Shown one piece after another: positions 60,872 through 64,000 of a stretch of DNA of 64,000 nucleotides. Below the pieces are notes generated by a model, which had not been told where the DNA came from, did not search any database, and saw nothing but the letters and a program-made list of their open reading frames with translations. The first letter of the stretch is position 1. Every line of letters starts with the position of its first letter. The DNA is from Dicyema japonicum (lineage: Eukaryota > Animalia > Dicyemida). The position numbers were made by a program, and so were the translations under genes. The stretch is from assembly GCA_011109175.1 (NCBI GenBank), contig RDEW01000004.1, forward strand, positions 396,030-460,029, given 5' to 3'.

Positions 60872-61600
60872 GTGATATTTATTCAAAATGAAAGATTCAA
60901 TCAGACAATCACTCGAACTTTGTCGAAGATGTTGTTTGATGATCCAAATAAATGTTGGAAAAAACAGATTAAAAAAGCTGTCCAATTTTATAATCTTAGT
61001 TATCATAGTTCAACAGGTTATATGGCCTTATATATAAATTATGTGACAATCCGATTCGTGGGTGTTCATTGCTCAAAATACTCATTCGAGAAAGGAGATG
61101 AGGTTAGTTAATTACATTGACAATATAGGTTTGCGATTAGACATGATAAAGACATGAATTTTTCTAGAGAAGAAAAACAGAAGCACGTCACCACTTCAAC
61201 CAAAAAGACCATGAAACACACTTTCAACCTGCTTAAAAGATGACTACGAACAAAATAGTCGTAAATTGGTGACAGCGGACGATCTGGATGATGTTCGAAT
61301 GAGGGCCAGGAACAAGATGGCGTGGGCGAGGAGGATGGCTGCAAAACATGGCTCAAGCGAACCCCTTTTAGGGCCACGCGAAAGAGCTCTTAACTAACTA
61401 AATTAACTATATAGGTTTGCGTAAAAAAAGACCATGGGACAAATCCCTCGCTAAAGTTAGGGAAATTTGAATTTGCCTACAGTGAAAAAGTGAAAGTCGT
61501 AGATATATTGTCTAACAAGCGAATGACACTTCAATCAAATGAGGGACATAGCGAGATCTTCCACATGAGTCGCGTTAAAAAGCTTAAAAAGAAGTGACTT
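60872..61600 (+). mobile_element. Ty3/gypsy-like integrase remnant interrupted by an RTE 3' end (about 61150-61410)
   Basis: ERFNQTITRTLSK...YNLSYHSSTG, later KVVDILSNK..FHMSRVKK. The intervening segment matches 38100-38240. Confidence 0.6.
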
Positions 61601-61699
61601 ACCTTTTCTTATAAATAAAATATTTTTTTTTGAATTTTTTGTCTTAATTGAAACTTAAATGAATACAATCGTATAACCTGGAATTTTTAATAGTTTAAA

Positions 61700-62100
61700 A
61701 TATTGAAAAATAAGAGTTTTATTGTTGAAATTAATTTTTTAATTATTTAGAATGCTTATCAGTATTATTAATAGTAAGATAATTAAAGAATTTAAAAAAT
61801 AAATTCAATTTTATATTTTTTAAAGCATAACATAAATCTATATATAATTTTAGTTTCATGTTTTTTTGAGTAAAACTGGTTTCTTTAAAATGGTTCGACT
61901 TGTGAGTGTCTTATGATGTAAAAATTATGTCCGCTATAAAAGATACACTGAAAATTATATTTTTTAAAAAATAAAAGACAGCTTGGGTTAAAATATTATT
62001 TTGGTAAAAAATAATATTTAAAGATTTTTTAAATAATTTTTTTTCAAATTCCCAAATTGGCCAAAATTCGTATTATAAAGTCAAAACATAAATCGCCCTA
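61700..62100 (+). repeat. hAT family 2 right end (AT-rich subterminal region plus TIR)
   Basis: Ends AAAGTCAAAACATAAATCGCCCTA. Confidence 0.45.
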
Positions 62101-62379
62101 TTTATTAGTAATATTGACGGCTGATATTAATTGGGTTTTATAAAGGATTCTTAGAATGGAACTTTGTCATTTCCATTGTGTGACTATGACAGGAAAACAA
62201 CTTTACATCGTCCTTAAGTTGTAAATGGTTACCCATTTCCCGGACTTTTTGTCGTTGCTTTCGGAAATTTTTCCGTTCAGCATTCGACTAAGAAGGTCCA
62301 TTAACAAAGCAAGGATCTGCGGTGGACGAGAGTCCCCATGTAGAATTCCTTTTTATTTTACTTCTCTCAACGTTTTGTT

Positions 62380-62720
62380 TCCAATTTTAGCCTATCTTTC
62401 ATTCGTTGATACGCCAGCAGAGAAGACCAGAATTTTGTAAGTCATTCAAATTCTTAATCTCCTCACAAAGATATCCATGAACCGAAGTGAAGTTCTTGAT
62501 ATAAACTCCATCACAACCAGATGCCTTCCAATTTGGAAGCATCTTGATATTCTCGGTGATTTCCTCCTGCGTAAAATCAGCAAAAGAGTTCTCTGATCCA
62601 GTCACTCATTGTAATCAAGAAATTGCTCCTCTTTCGTTCAACCTTATTCCAAATGTTGCTCCATAACAGAAGACATTCCACCTCAATGAAATTAAGGACC
62701 GCCTTCTCATCTCCTTTTAT
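62380..62720 (-). mobile_element. R4-like RT N-terminal fragment
   Basis: IKMLPNWKASGCDGVY. Confidence 0.7.
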
Positions 62721-62819
62721 ATTTTTATAAAATCGCCTTCTATTCAATTCGAAGCACCAGTTGACACTGATAAATCTCTAAATCTCTTTCTCGATTCATA
62801 AACTCGCAACTATCATGAT

Positions 62820-64000
62820 TTGATTGAGAACATATGAAGAAACTCAATACTTACCGATTATTTGGAAGTGTTCGAGACTGTTTCTGATAATCAATTGGGG
62901 CAAAGATTATATGCCAAGATGCGAAGGAGCAAGCCTTCAGTCACTACGGAAACAAACTATTCGCTTTGTGGGTTGATGCAAAGATGGGGTACGACTCTGT
63001 GAATCATGACTTTCTCTGTCTGACCTCTCAATGTGAATCGGAAGGTCTGTAAAGAGCTCGAAAAGCCAATGGAAAGTTATTCTAAATTTCGACAGTGAAA
63101 GGGTTGGGATGTTTAAATTAAATCGCGGTATATCGCAAGGAGATTTGTGGTCTCCACGGATCCTTTGAGCGAAATTCTAAATAGTAAATTTCCAAAATTG
63201 TTTATGTAATTCGTCACGTGTACAACCAATCACTTTTTATTAATTATCTAAAAATATTTACTGAGGATATACAATGGTGAAGATGATGAATGAGATTGAT
63301 GAGTATTTCAGAGTGGTTGGGCTTAAGAAGAGTTTTAGAAGTCTTCCACTAATCTGGAATGAATGAAGGATGTAAAATCTCTGAATAGACATGAAGGCTA
63401 TCGCTACCTCGGAGTTTTAGAGGATCGTTCCATCAACGTCACGAAACATAATGTTTTGAGAACATTCGCGGAAAACGTGAAGAGGAGAATTGTGCATACT
63501 AAGCTCAATGCTGAAAATATATTTAAAGCAATCAACGAGCATGACTTGTCCCTCTATAATTACTACATTGGCTTAATGGACATTGAACCGAAGGAATGTG
63601 AGTATATTTATGTTGAAATACCATTTTAGCAGAGTATGATTTGGAAGAAAGTCCAGCATTGTCTCAGAAAATATGGATTCCTGCGGATCATTAAAACTAA
63701 GAAAACACATGTGACCACAATCAAAGGATTCCTTGCTTTCAAGTGCGATATGATCCTCACCCAAATAAGCCTTAACGCTATCAAGGAATATCAACAGAAA
63801 TCTCTGAGTGATAGTATCAGGAGAAAGTCGCTCCACTCTATACTTTATAATTGTTGCAAAAATGACAATATTGTTGAACTCGTTGAGTGGCTGGTCAGTG
63901 GAAACAATAGTCCGAGATCCGAGGGTTTGTATTGTCTTCTTAAGACAGGAATCTGTTTTTTCGGATAAAGATTCACTATGTCGCGTCCCATGCTGATTAC
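62820..64000 (+). mobile_element. R4/Dong-like RT region, frameshifted, running off the window
   Basis: LNRGISQGD, YRYLGVLED, KLNAENIFKAINEH, SLHSILY and WLVSGNNSPRSEG. Confidence 0.8.

Noticed and set aside
1-64000. CRISPR arrays, rRNA, SL-RNA or snRNA genes, prokaryotic operons
   Set aside because: No regularly spaced repeats or recognisable structural RNA found; the sequence is eukaryotic.

Overview
AT-rich (roughly one-third GC by eye) animal nuclear DNA whose genes are split by very short GT-AG introns, mostly 21-27 nt, so the ORF track shows only fragments. Manual splicing recovers these host genes: ADAMTS-like protease, stand-alone EMAP-II/AIMP1-like tRNA-binding protein, classical dynamin, RGS22-like, CFAP20DC, mitochondrial MCAT, TREX-like exonuclease, RNPS1, a ZIFL-like MFS transporter, Tudor-SN and DDX1, plus 2-3 unidentified genes. 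Micro-introns together with cilium-associated genes fit a dicyemid mesozoan best. This is an inference; myxozoans are less likely because they lack cilia. Intergenic space is filled with decayed transposons: CRE-like and R4-like RLE retroposons, RTE, Ingi/Vingi-like APE LINEs, hAT and a gypsy integrase. The main observation is a retroposon family in which an Ingi/Vingi-like LINE (decayed 2A peptide + APE) and at least 8 short SINE-like derivatives share a 5' RNA element. That element has nested double-pseudoknot (HDV-ribozyme-like) topology supported by compensatory changes, and the SINEs use two different LINE 3' tails. Second, CACGTG is about 6-fold over-represented, mainly in and around host genes. 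Gene coordinates are manual splice models; transposon boundaries are approximate.
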